From positions 186,001 through 250,000 of the forward strand of contig JAQGDQ010000277.1 in assembly GCA_030141605.1 (NCBI GenBank): a stretch of DNA of 64,000 nucleotides, read 5' to 3'. The position numbers and the translations under genes were made by a program. The first letter of the stretch is position 1, and each line of letters starts with the position of its first letter. The stretch comes from Tubiluchus corallicola (Eukaryota > Animalia > Priapulida). The notes under the pieces are model-generated. The model was not told where the DNA came from. It was given only the letters and a program-made list of their open reading frames with translations, and ran no database searches. Of the stretch, positions 28,895 through 42,631 are shown piece by piece.

Positions 28895-31800
28895 TATTAT
28901 TATTATTGTTATTATTAGTAATTGCTTATTTCACGTGTATAACACTTTAACCGATAATTATAAACTAGTAGTTATTTTCAAAGTGGTTCACAAAATGAAA
29001 TAAGAGTAAATAGCATTACAGAAACATCATACACTGCAAGCAATAAAAATACTCAGTAAAACAAAAACACTTTAAAAACAAAAGTTAAAACATTTACAAA
29101 TTATACAGAATAGCTTAGGATAGTAAAAATATACACAACTACACTTAGTCTATGCATGTTAATAATGATCTGCAGTAAAAGATAAAAAAGAGAAACTTGT
29201 GGTTTGTCTATACAATGTCGTCAGTAGTACATGATGCTCTAAATTACAAGATGAACAATAAGAAAAATCATTTAAAGGTAATTTAAAGTATATATTCAAA
29301 ATTTAATATCATCTGAGAAAAGGTAGAAAAGGAAAAGCATATGCTTCAAAAATAGTTATTTGTATGAACTTGTCTGCTAAGGTTTAAGAGGAAGACGTAC
29401 AACATTTGTTTTCTCCTAATGCTAGAGTATCAGATTAAACATGTGTGCTGTGTACACTAGAGTACAAAGTCTCAGCATGCTAATGTAGGCTAGTGCTTTT
29501 TATATAGATTAAAACACCATCTTACAATTTGCTTATCACTATTTCTGTTTAAGGGATGATTATGTAGCAGCTGAATTTAATGGTTTTTCACTGAGCTCCT
29601 TTTTAGGCTGCTAAATCATTAGGGTAGTAAATAAGTTTGAATACTGAATTGCACTGAATTATACTATTGAAAGAAAACTGGATGATTGTGTAAACACGAG
29701 TTCAGAATAAAGAATGCACTAAAATATTGAAAACTACAATAGCTTATTTTAAATCAAAGCTTAGATTAAATAATAATTACCTCGGATGCTCAAATTTCGT
29801 TAAACTTTCAAAGCTACACGCGGCTCAGTGAATTTACTAAGACTGGCAGCAGCGCCTTTTTGTCACGTGCGCATGGCCGACAAATAGAAGGCGGTACCGT
29901 GATAACCATGATCATGCGCTGCTGTGTTAGTTTCATGACGTCATATGATGTAAAGCCCATTTTTCGTGACATCGTGTTTAAGCAGTACGGTAAAGCAAAT
30001 GTGCTTGACGCGTAAGGGAAGACGCCATGCCATTGCACAAACTGTGGTTAGTTTCTGACGTAAGCAATAGCTGTGTTCCATTGCCGTTAATTAACTTTCT
30101 AAGCTAATTACTCAAATATAAGGAGCAATTGTTAACTTTTATAGGCAAGAAAATGTATATTTTGGACAGTAAATTAAAATGAGATTGACTCTAAACATTC
30201 GTCCGGTCTTCCTTTAATGATTTATTGATTTTGTATCTGTTGAATGTTCTTTCGCATGCTGATAAGCATATACACTTAGTGTTTATTGCTGAAATGTACA
30301 TTGCAATTATAATAATGATCTCCACACGCATATTCCTGATTGTCTTAATTTTCATGTGTTAGCAAATTTGTAAGTATTTCAGCCTGGTTATTTATATGTG
30401 TTGTCTCAGTTTGAACTCAGACACCCAGAGTATAACTATTGAGTTGTAATAACTAAAAACACTGTCCCAAAAATTCTGTAGAATTTTGTTCAAAAAGAAC
30501 ACTTTTGTATGGTGTGTTGTCTGAGTTGTGATTAGTTTAATTTCTGGACTTTGTTTTTAATGTACTTGCTTGAAATTAAAATGATCAGTAATTTAATAGA
30601 ATTTTCCAACTCTAGGCTAACCTTTAGTCAATGCGTCTCATAGTTTTTATATTGCTGCTGTTTTTTACCATTTTCGTATTAGAGTTTTTTTATTTTTAGT
30701 GTAGTTTCGCAAATCTTTGTGTTGCTGTAATTGACATTTTATAGTAATAGAAGTGCTTGCCTGATATGTACCTTTTTTAAACAGTCATACTGTGTAACAG
30801 AACCAGGTGCTGGAAGTGATGTTGCTGGCATTCGAACCAGAGCTGAAAAGAAGGGTGATGAATACATACTAAATGGCCAAAAAATGTGGATTACAAATGG
30901 TACATTTTTGACAGTAGAAACGTTTCTTGCTTTATTCTGTGACAATGACAAATTATCTATAATAGGATACTGACTGAAAACGTTTGCTGATAGGAGTGGG
31001 TTGGGTTCTTAATAAAATAAGTCTTGGATGATTAATAGCAACTTGTTTTACATTTATGTTCACAATACTGAAACTTTAACCTAAAATAAATAGACTATAC
31101 AAGTTAAAAATAGAGATAAATTAATTAAAAAGAAACAGGTCTGGTGGAAGCATTTCTAAAATGTCATTGCAGAGCTGCATGTCAATTGATGGAATGAGGC
31201 CGATGTTTGTACAAACTTGCTTTGCCCAGATAACATCACCTTAGTTAATATTATAAATTTTAGTTGCTGCTTAATCCAAAACAAAAATGTACTCATAGAA
31301 ATCAAATTGCAAATAATTTCACTAAAATTTTTGGAACAAGTTTACAATTCCTTCATAATTTAAATACCCTAACTAAACACTAACCTTCATCCTAATCCGC
31401 TTCACGAACCTATTTCTTGTGTGTGGGGAATTGCAAACTTCGGCCAAATTGGCCACTAATAGTTTCACTTTGATTGTTCATCTTTGGATGTCCTGCCAAC
31501 ATTCTTTTTATAATTATTATACTAGGTGGCCATGCAAACTGGTATTTTGTGTTGGCTCGGACAGATCCGGATCCGAAAACTCCTGCAGGACGAGCATTTA
31601 CTGGATTTGTAGTGGAGCGGGAGTGGCAGGGTGTCATCCCAGGCCGTAAAGAGATTAACATGGGTCAACGGGCATCGGATACTCGGGGAATTACATTTGA
31701 AGATGTCCGTGTGCCTAAAGAGGTAACTTGTAAATACAATTTCTAAGTGCAGTAGAATCAAAAAGTGCGTGTTTATTGCTCAATTGTTTACGGTAATAAG

Positions 31801-34226
31801 TGTTTACTTAAAATAAAGCACCAGTGGCTTGCTGAATCGAGACAAGAATAAGGTTTGTGTGCCTTTACATAATGATGCCTGCTTGGTAAGTGTGCAATTT
31901 TTTGGAGTGAGTTAAGACTAAGGATGTTGTTTTATTTGTATGTTGTAGTGCACTGTGTTAAAAACTCGAGAAGATAATTTTTTTTTATTTGCAATTGTTA
32001 AGGAAATGCATCCTAAAGATAAATAACATGTTTATTAATGTAACGAGGAAACAAATATTGTCAAAATAACATTGTTGAAGCTTGTTTTGTTTTATCATCG
32101 TTCTTGTCATTCTTCCATGACTAAAATTTCTCATTTTGAAGCAGTTTTGTTAACAGTTTCAAAGGTTTGGCTAAAAATGTCTCCAGTGCTGTTCTTCAGT
32201 TGGAGAAGTCGAAGTTCAACACAAATGAAACAGTAGATTGTCCAGTATTCAGTAGGCACTGCCATCGATTTATTGATTTGCTGTGAATTTAAAAGCGTTA
32301 TCAAGTATAATGCTCTAGTGTAAACAACAGTCAATTCTGCTTTTTAGCAAGTGCAGTGGTTGCAAGTACGTAGAGAAAAGTTGTTTACGTAATCTGATTT
32401 TGAATTAACATTTCATTGCATTCGTTTGTTTTGACTGTAGATGTGTAAATTTTTTTATTTGTAGAATGTTCTCGGTGCAGAAGGCTTAGGTTTCAAAATT
32501 GCAATGGGTGCTTTCGATAAAACAAGACCACCCGTAAGTTGCTTCTCTATTTGGCCTCATTTATGATGAGCACCAGGTTGTACAGTTTGTGCAAGGCTAC
32601 TCACACATCTTGTTCGTTGCTTTGTGTTAACTAAATTAAGTAAAATTTACAGTTTAGAAAATTACTAAATGGTGTTTTTAGCATATGAGAATGCAAAACT
32701 GTAATAATTTCTGTGCAATTTAAAAAGTATAGCCTTCCGATGCCTTTGAAAACATGCATTGTTTTATGTCCAGGATGCACTACTTTTACTAAAAAAATTC
32801 TAAAATTGCAAGCGTAATATAAAAATTTTAATGTAAATTTATTCTGCATAAACTTTTTCTTATTAAGTATGTTAAATGATGTAACCTCTTTTATGCATTT
32901 TTATAAAATAGGTGGCAGCAGGTGCAGTAGGTTTGGCTCAGCGAGCATTAGATGAAGCTTCAAAATATTCCTTAGAAAGAAGAACATTTGGAAAACTAAT
33001 AGCAGAGGTAAAAATTATACATCTTCTTTTTAGTCTATATGCTTATAGTAATATAATAACTTGTGAACTGTAGCAATAATATTGATTTCTTTATTTTGTT
33101 GTTGTCGGTCAGACTCATTACTGCTAACAGCTAATGAAATGTTAATGCACTGCATTATTGCTAGTACTTGCAAAAAATTATGAGTATTAATCGAGCTGAC
33201 ACAAAAAAATAACACTGTCACTGGATTGATAAATGTAACTATATAGATTTCTGGTGTCAGTGCAATACTGGAATGTAATTGCAGTAGTTATTATACATGT
33301 TGAACTTCAATATTTAACTTAGATTAGTCAACATGTAATTTTATTTCAGCATCAAGCTGTTGCATTCATGCTAGCAGAAATGGCCATTGGAATCGAAGCA
33401 TCTCGGCTCTGTTACCAGAAGGCAGCATGGCAGATTGACAATGGTATGCGTAATACATACATGGCTTCCATTGCCAAGGCTTTAGCTGCTGATGTTGCAA
33501 ACAAGTCTGCTACTGATGCCGTGCAAATTTTTGGAGGAAATGGATTCAACACGGATTATCCAGTGGAAAAACTGATGAGAGATGCTAAAATTTATCAGGT
33601 AGGTACTAATCAGGTAGGTACTAATACATTCGTACAGTTATCAAAACTAGATCTATAGCTATACTTCAGGTAGCTGTATTGTGTATTGGTGCTTACTAAT
33701 TGGCTTTTCAATCATGATTTAAGGTATCTGAAGGGCAATTATAAGTGAATTGTTTTTATCTTTTGGTAATTAATGTTCATAGATTTTCCGGTGTCATAAC
33801 CTAGGAAGCCCTTGTCTGCCATCATGTTTTGTGCCATCATATTTTAGAGTTAGCAATCTGTTAGCTTATTTATACAAGTTAGTGCAATAGTTGGCCTCCT
33901 TTGTTGTTCTGACTGTTCAAATGTTTTTTGCATCTATTTAGAAAGTAATATCTATCAAATGTATAACAGATGAATCACTGTTAGCAAAATTCAGTACATG
34001 TATATTTTATACTCCAAAACTTATTTTATAAAAAATTTTTGCGAAAATGCTTCAGACTAATTGTTGAAATTCATTTTTGTACAGAAATGTTGTCTAAAAA
34101 TCAAAAATGATATAATAAATAACAACGATAAACTGTTCTTTGTAGATATATGAAGGAACTTCACAGATACAGCGAGTAATTGTATCGAGAGAAATTCTAG
34201 CAAAAACCCAGCAAGAATCGCGTTGA
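23564..34226 (+). CDS. ACADM: Medium-chain specific acyl-CoA dehydrogenase, mitochondrial, 12 exons, 421 aa
   Basis: Exons: 23564-23578, 24131-24224, 26890-26987, 27191-27260, 27467-27567, 27971-28051, 30785-30899, 31526-31722, 32465-32533, 32912-33007, 33350-33598, 34146-34226 (1266 nt, phases consistent). Motifs [106 protein letters not shown]. The basic N-terminus resembles a mitochondrial presequence. The first two exons are less certain than the rest. Confidence 0.96.
25080..26380. mobile_element. Kolobok-like non-autonomous DNA transposon in ACADM intron 2
   Basis: TTAA|AGGTCCTGTGACAC ... GTGTCAGTGGACCT|TTAA: TTAA target-site duplication and AGG/CCT termini with a ~14-bp imperfect TIR. 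Confidence 0.7.
29388..30213. mobile_element. Second possible Kolobok-like element in ACADM intron 6
   Basis: TTAA|(G)AGGAAGAC ... GTCTTCCT|TTAA; the TIR is short and there is an extra base at the left end. Confidence 0.45.
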
Positions 34227-36235
34227 TGAAAAAAACCACTCAACAAAATGCACAGATTGTAAAGCCAGTTTCAACGATTATTGTGACAGTTACCCTGATT
34301 GATTACACCACGTCTCATTGCTAGCCATATATGCAATCCCTCAATGGATAGCTGCTAGCTCTATCGTTTGTACAAGTTAGCAACAGATGGCACTACAAGT
34401 TTGAAACTTGCTAATTTGTTTCACGAATCATCGTATTATTTCAGATATGTACTACAATTTTTGTTATTCTAAATTTAGTTTCTTTCAAATAAAATGTACA
34501 TCTACAGTACACAGAAATGATAAAAGTTCTTGTGATGTTCAAAGCAAAAAAACACAGAATGTGTCTCCATTTTCTGTGAAGTCAAATTATGCATTTGTGC
34601 GAGGAGTTAGTGGGCATATATTTAAGGGAGGAGATTCTATGGTTAAATATGTTAATGTTATTGTAGAAAGAGGAGAATAACTAGGTATCTTCATTACAAT
34701 GTCGAAGTACAAAGCTTATAATACTTTGTATCTGTTGTGTAGATTGTAATGACAAAGTTTTTTGCATGTGGTTATTTGCAGTTTGCATTTTGCTTCATGC
34801 TTAATGGCCTGAATATGTTTTCTTGATTATGTTATTATTTTTTATATAAACTCAACATAGTGTACTGATCACACAAACGAAAAATATGGTGAGATCATAT
34901 TACATTAATGTGTTGCTGTGCAGTAAGGCATTATTGGTTGTTATCTGTTTTCCATGTTGGTTGGACTGGATGGGCATAAATGTTTTATTTACAAATTTTT
35001 GCTATTGTTAATGCCTCCATGTTTTACTGCGCTCAAATGGTTACGGTGGTGTAAATGTAAATGTTTCACCAAGAATTGTAATTATGAATGAAATTTTTCA
35101 AATTTTGTACATCTGATGTAATATACATAATCATTTTCATTTGTAACTATAGCATTTGATTAATTTTTAACACAGTTTCTCATGCATCATTATAGCCATC
35201 AGAGTCTTTAAGAAAAACATGAACGATATTCAATCATCGTTTTAAGAAAAATACGAATGGGAAAATATTTTTACACCATGTTGGTTTTTTAAAGTTTATA
35301 ATAAGAAACAGTGCCAGACATTTTGAAATTGAAGAAAATGAAATATAAGTTTAAGAGTTGTCATTGCATTTAGCCTTTTGTCATTGTCATATCACAAAGC
35401 ATTCTGGATAAGTGAATGGTACTAAACAGTGAGACAGGTTTCGTTTACAACGCTTACAATGTTTGTGTGGCTACGGATACCAAGGTAAGTGTTACGCATA
35501 GCATTGTCAATCTGCCTTGGTGTCTCTGTTAGCATAGCCTGCCTTGTCACATACAAATTTGCCTCTGCTAATGTCTACATTTCTCATTCTAACATAAAGG
35601 ACCTACATGTAGTAAGACTGGTTTTTAAAAATTGTGAAATACAATGTAGCTTGTTTGTGAGGCCTGACACATTAATTATCTAAGATATTCCTTCTAACGT
35701 GAGCCAACGAACCAACAGAAGTGTCTCAGCCATGATCAAATATATATGCATCATCCTTCTACGAAGTAAACAGCCAAGGTTTATGTATGATACCAGCTAG
35801 AGTGTTTATTTAACCCACCATGCAGCTATGTGTCATTAACGTATAGCATGGGTGCATATCCACTCAGCTATACCCCGCCTCAGAACCCCTCATTAGTTTT
35901 TTAAAAAATGATAAAGCTGAACACAATATTTTAATTTAGCGTGGTATTGGGAGGTGTGTACACTGACAGAAACATGCTTTTGGTAAGTGCTTTTTCGAAA
36001 TTTAAAATCAGATTTACTTAGTAAATGGGCTCTGTTAAAATTGTTACATTTGACATGAAATTTTTGAGTAATTGAGAAAAAAGTTTTCTATGTTGCTATT
36101 ATTTACAATTAGACAATAACGTAATACCCATTATTCTACAATCAACAGCCTAACACTGTCTGAATTGCAAGCCGAAATATCAACAAGTCGCTCTTTACAA
36201 TATCTATAAAAACACTTTGTTTACATTGCAGATTT

Positions 36236-39200
36236 TTACAAGTGACTAGGATAAGAGCAAGTTGGCAGATACATGTGAGGCACAGTTCGTAGGACTCCAG
36301 CTTGAGCCAACAAGGTCGCTGTAGGACCTATGTCCGAGGTATCCAGCATGCAGTGACGGCAAAATGCTGCCGCTTCCGCTGCCGCCTGGGCACGTCGAAG
36401 TCCAGGACAGTCCTTCTCCTCACATATGTGATGGCGCAGTTGTTCTGCTCTCATGGCCGCAGTGGTTTGTCTCTTCCACTTTGTTCTAAACAAACAAAAA
36501 GTGCTAATTATACTTTTATCAACAAGTTAAACTATGTGTAATTTGTGTATAAAGATGAAAATCTTGTGTGTTACTTGTGTAATAAGAACCGGCATGCCCC
36601 CCGTGAATTAAGGTTTCAGGATAATGTCTAGTTAGGTCATTGTCCCCTATAATATGGCAGCCAAAATAGCACTTTAGGGCTTTCTACTTTAGTTGTGCAA
36701 TATGTCTTTTAAAGGCTTTAGATGGTCTCGACTGCCAAGTTTGAATATTGACACCTTCACTCTGCCCCAATTATGGCATGCAATATGGCTGCCAAAGTAA
36801 CAATCGTAATGTTGGTGGACTTAGCTTTTGTAAAATGATCATTTGTACTGATTACTATTGAACATGCAAAGTGCGAATTTCATGTTGGTTTTATTTTGTG
36901 TGCAAAGTGATTTCAAACGTGCCTGCTCAACACTTAGGACTGGGGTGTTTTTGCAGAAAAAGGGTACACGCTGGCCTCAGAGTACGACTGGGTATATAAA
37001 CCAACACTCGCTTAGTAACTTTTTATGGCTGTGAGTGCCCCCCCCCCCTGACTTGAGAGTAAAAATAGACTGGAACAATCTTGAGTGGTCCTGAAGCGAC
37101 GGGCTTTAACGGAACGGTGATAATGATATGTAAATTACAAAATTTATTAAAAGTTGTTGTTAACGGTGGGCACCCTGTATGCAGAAGTATGAAAATATCG
37201 AAAGTGTAGTACATTCTGTATGACTGTATAGTTTCCGCTTGACTACAATTAAAATTTTGTAATCAGTCAAAGCAAATTAATCGGTGTCTTTTGCCTCAGT
37301 TTGAAAATTATTCTTCAAAACAGAAACTAATTTTTGGTTGCCATGAGTAATGAATTGACCCAGAAAGGCGCTACTTTTTGTGAGTAATGGGATATATTCT
37401 TTTCAGCTGCACAACGAGGTTCTAGTGACATCTGGCAGAATTCAACGAACTAATGTGATCCTTCTGTGAATGTGTTTTATCCAATACGTTCTTGAAATCA
37501 GCCAATAAAACAAGAAATTTATATAATTCTCACAAAAAGCCCTAGTACAGAAAGAAAAAGCTCGTTGACTTGATCATTATGCCACAGACTAAAATCTTTA
37601 TTTATTTCCTAAATTTTCTACACTAACCTCCTATTTTGATACCAAGTTTTCACTTGGGTTTCAGACAGGTTTAGAGCGTCAGCCACGTCGCTCCTGTCCG
37701 CCACGCTCAAATATTTTTGGCAGCGGAACTTTCTTTCCAGGTAACCAAGCTGCGCATGCGTGAATGCTGTCCTTTTTCGGCGCTGTTTTTTTGCTTTCCC
37801 CGAAGCGGCATAGTTCCTAGGTAAAATATATTATGGAATGACAATAGAAATCAGCATTAAGTGATGCAGAATGTCATTTTTTTTATCATTGCAGCTAGTG
37901 GACTACTGTACATTGTGCAGGATTAGCTTTATATATATTATTGTTGTTTAATTTAAATATTCAACTATAAAACACAGCGTTATTAGGAAACAGAATTTGC
38001 AGAGGACCGACCGCAGTTAGTACGCAACGGGCCAACGAAAAAAGGCCGATCCTCGAAAATTTCGAGTTCACCACAGACGTCAATAGCTAACGCAGTGTGT
38101 CGCGTTGAAACTGCCATTTAACGTAGTTTATATAATTGAAACGTCGCTTAAATCCAGTAAACGCACGAAGTCAATAGTAAATTAGGAACTTCGAAATTTT
38201 TGTCACCTCCATTTGGATAAAATCTTGAATAACTTAGTATGCTACCTGTCAATGTACTGATAGCGAACGTTAATAATTAAATTAAGACTCTTGTTATTTA
38301 AAAGTTGTCTATTTTTTTCTTTCTTTATTATTCTTTCTTCACTACAACATCCAGTAATTCTTAAATGGGCATAACCTCCTGTATTGTTGACAGATTGTTA
38401 TAATACGATAATTCCAAAGGGCTCTTTAACTAGTGAATACTTTACTAATGGTTTAGTACTTTTTAATACTTCATTAATGGTTACTAAGTGTTTGTATTGT
38501 TATTATTTAAATATAATGTATTGGGAAATAAGGAATTTTTAAATTGCAAGTGACCTTACTTTTGTTGTTAAAATTTCACACCAAACCCCCAAAATGCAAA
38601 AAATGCGTTGGTCTGTGGTGCTTCCTCTGACCCCACTGAACGAATTTTTTTAAGCTACTACAAGTGCATGCACGCTAATTTGTTAAGGATGCAGTTTAAA
38701 TGGGTACGTTTCAGAATTCTGAATAGCTTCCATCTTCTGTTCGTCTTGTTCATAATCGTCTTCTGATTCCTCTGAACTCAGCTGTCGTCTAGTGTCCGCT
38801 GATGTAGTTGTTACTGCAGTGTCACTCAATGCAGACCTTCTTGAGTCATCTTTAAGACCAGATGATCCTACATATGTCAAAGAAATCGGCATAATTATAT
38901 TTAACCACCAGTAATGCGCAACATTCCACATAGTATTCATTTCCTATTTAGGGGCATTCACCAAAAGACTAACATTTCAACTTATTTCGTGACATACTCA
39001 ATTCAATATCACATAGTCCTGCAAGAGGCTGTACTTTGTAAAAAACATCATTGAGGCACGTAATTTAACATTGGGGCAGTCAGTGTATCAGCCATTCGTA
39101 CACCTAGATTGCAATCATGTAAGTGATCTTTCGCACTGTCGTGCCACTTCATTCAGTTCTGATCGTTTAAACTCCAAAATCATAGTACCTAGTCACCCCA

Positions 39201-40739
39201 ACCGACTGACCGATTTTTTGTGGTTCAATTGTAAGTCCCTGACATAAGACTTTTGATATAAGACTTTTTGAAAAGACAAAAACATTTTTGCTACTGTCTA
39301 TACTGCTTGCTACTACTGTACAACTTTTATTGCACATTAAAAACAACGTCACTGATTCTATTGTTTGCCTAGTATCCGTTACAATTTATGTAACCACCAA
39401 AAAGTCAGATGACATAGTAACTGCATGGTAATCTCTCCACTCTGAAAGATAGAACTCATTTATCTCGCCCTTTTTTCTGTGAAATGTGCGTACATCTATG
39501 CGCATTGTACAGTGAATGGGTCCGTTTATACTTCCATAATTTTTAAACTAATATAAACTTGAATATTACTGAACACCAGGCCCATATATAGGCCGACTGT
39601 GTAGGCCTATTTTCTTGTCAGCGGCCACACTTCACTAATAAATTATTATTGGATGTAATTTGAACTTAGCCTAGAGCATTTATCGATACACGCGCGAGGG
39701 CGTTACTAATGCAATTCCAGGTGGTTTACCTTGCAATTACCAAATAAAGCAAATGAACAATTACGCTGTGCTTTGCGCGTATTAATTTAATCCATTTTCA
39801 GCTGAATGGCATAATCGGTATTAATGAGATGGGTTATTCTGCCGACTTCTGATTATAGAATTTCTGTATTATTAGGTGTAGCTTTTGTAATGCGAAGCTT
39901 TGGATGCTGGGTAACTTATTAACAAAAGGAAAAAACATTTTCCCTACGTTTTGACAGGTATTCGAAATAAACGGAAATGAATAAATACTATAATTATACA
40001 AAGTGTAGGTCACAAAGCTAAATTAGAAAACGAGTTAGCAAGTTAGTGCTAATACGAGTAGAAAACCAAAAAGTCTTAAGTGTGTTGACAAATTCATTTC
40101 TGGATAGCTGTCGTGATATAAAATAAATAAAAGCTTCTCAATTTAATTCCAGGTTACCCGAATTTTTTACTTGATTAAGTACAAAACATTGAAAAAATAG
40201 AATTTAAGAAATTCTTGCTTGACCGCCTTTATAGGCCTGACAGTTTGTATGAATTTACGCTCTTGTGATCATAGCAGCTGAAAACCACCTTCACTATCGG
40301 CTTGCTTTTATACTACACTGATTTTTTATTTTTAAGCATTTATACTGTTATTATGAAAAATGCTTTTTTACAAAAAACGAAACAGAAACAGTAAAATTGA
40401 TGTTTAATTAATGAAATTAATTGAACATAATCATTTATTTTGTCTTAATAATTAGTAATAATTTAATGACCGCACTGAACGCGACAGCTTGAAACAAAAA
40501 AGAATATAAACACAGTGTGAGTAAAAAGCTACACTGGCTCAAGTTAGTTTAAAAATAATTTTCGTAGATGGCAGTTTTGTAAGCAATATTATGGTAAATA
40601 TTAATTTATTCTCACCGTTAGTTAATGCTCCCCTGATGGTTACAGGTAACTGGTCGTTGCCATTGTGTTTTCCTCCCAGCTTTTCTCTTAAAATGTCTTT
40701 AATAAGGAATGACCGAGAATTCGAAGTGTTTGATAACAT
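36236..40739 (-). CDS. Bari: ANTP/NK-like homeobox transcription factor, Bari (Bar-related invertebrate, CG11085-like) family, ~240 aa
   Basis: Coding exons 40739-40616, 38867-38708, 37816-37628, 36485-36236 (723 nt, phases consistent). N-terminal eh1 motif SFLIKDIL. Homeodomain [53 protein letters not shown]|TKWKRQ has the Bar-type Tyr49 and the [16 protein letters not shown] signature I recall for Bari, followed by EQLRH. Confidence 0.9.
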
Positions 40740-41909
40740 TGGACCATCGATAATTGCTGTTAGATAATGAAACTAGTTGACAGGCTTGTTCAAATTGAAG
40801 GTGAAGAAAGATTCCATTCTATAAAAACAGTTGAATTGAATTGATTGTGAATTGAATGAAAAAAATTGTACTATAGAAAAATGTAAAGCCAAGCTCAAGA
40901 AATAAAGTAGGATTAGCAATAATTTTCAAAATTTAAGTTTATTTGCTTATATAATTGTTTTGTATCTTCACATCATCTATGGTCTAGATCGCTATTAGAA
41001 CCAATTTTTTCTGAGAATTAGCATCTTCGCTTTCACCTTTCTTTGAAAACATGTCACTAACAGTTGTGATTCTCGCCATTTTCGTATCATCATAATAATC
41101 ATCATTGTTATCATCATCGTAATCATCATAGTCAACATGACCATCATATTCTGCACATTATTGTGACATAAACCACTATTGTGACATGTTAACAAAAATA
41201 GCCAGTGTATAATATTTAGACAAACTTTTCTAAATAAAATCAATTAAATTTAATTTTTTACCTGCGGTGCAATACAAAAGCTTGGTTCCAAGGTTGTGTT
41301 ATTTAACTATTTAAAAAGAAGGCTTCCATTTAGCAATTCATGTTGAATACATTTTATTGCGCCACATGTCTCTCCGACACATTAAACCTATCACTAAGAC
41401 AATAGCTTCTTTATAGTTTTGCTTCAAAAACGAAATGAAGCCTATTAAGTATTTTCTTGTGAACGCGCCAGAGCATCGCCGCCTCAGTCAAGAAACCACG
41501 CCTGTCTGCTCGTGCTGCGCCAATTGTGTGGGACTGATCTTTGACGTCTGCTGACTGACGTTTGCAAGATCGCATTAATCTATATTAATCAAATGATCTG
41601 GTTTTGAAACAGACTTCTGATGGGAAGGAAAGCATTATAAAATTAGCTTTCAGGATTTTCGTTTTTGCCCGGGATTTCTTCAATGCCACGCTAACTGCTT
41701 GATAGTGAAGCCATACAGAAGTATAGTAATCATTACAGTACAGGCTATAGTAAGTTGTATCCTAATTCACTGGCAACGAAAATCTTGGACCTTGACCTGG
41801 ATAATAAAACATCACCACTGATTCCACTTTATTAATTTCATATTGCCACTTAGTAATGGAATAAAAATGTATTATGTTTTTGACCGAAAGAAAATGAATG
41901 CGAAAAAGT

Positions 41910-41978
41910 CTGTCCAGGACTAGATTTGAACCTGAAACCCTTGGATTGCAAGCGCAGTGCCAAATCATTAGACCAAAT
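41910..41978 (-). mobile_element. tRNA-derived SINE head / tRNA pseudogene
   Basis: A-box-like TGGTCTAATG, anticodon-arm-like CTTGCAAT, B-box GGTTCAAATC; acceptor stem not intact. Similar heads occur at ~46825-46893 (-) and ~50303-50360 (+). Confidence 0.5.
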
Positions 41979-42631
41979 ATCTTCTTGTAATTAAGGCAGA
42001 TCTTTTTAATTCCAATAGCTCAGCAATTAATTTGTCATCTCTACTTCTACTACTATGTTATAATTAATTCGGAGCGTAAAGCCTCTATCGGTGATAAGAG
42101 GAAGTCAAAGTCTTTAGGTAAAAGGAACTGACAAACTATATTCACTGCAACTCAATCAGCATTCTAAGAGAAAAATAAAAAATAGAATGTTGCAACTAAT
42201 TCACTGTAACAGATTAAAATCGCTAATCTCACAAAATTATTATTATTTCGATGCTTTAAGTGCTTTAAGTGTTTGAAAGCGCACTGTCTAAGAAATAAAA
42301 TGCTAAATTTTCCCATTGATTTTGGAATTTAAAAAGAGACATTATTGTGCTGAGCAAATTAACACTGAGAAAAGAAACAGAAACACAGCCCTCACAGTCT
42401 TTCGCATATGCGGTATAATTTTCTGTAAAAATTTTGCTTAAATTTTAATCTTTTAAATAAGCATTGATTTAAGTAACGTCTGTAACTTAGCCTGTTTTCT
42501 GTGTTTTAAGTAACGAAATTTAGTGGTTTCTTGAGAATGTTTTTCCTAAATGGCCTACTTACAGTTTGTAAGACTTTCAGTCTGTAAAATCATTTTTCAC
42601 TAGCCGCGTGACTGCTTTGTAAAAATCGGAT

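Noticed and set aside
37160-37178. Tc1/mariner-like terminus (TA|CAGGGTGCCCACC on the minus strand)
   Set aside because: No matching second terminal repeat was found nearby.
41910-41978. Functional tRNA-Cys gene
   Set aside because: Acceptor and D stems are not intact; more consistent with a SINE head or pseudogene.
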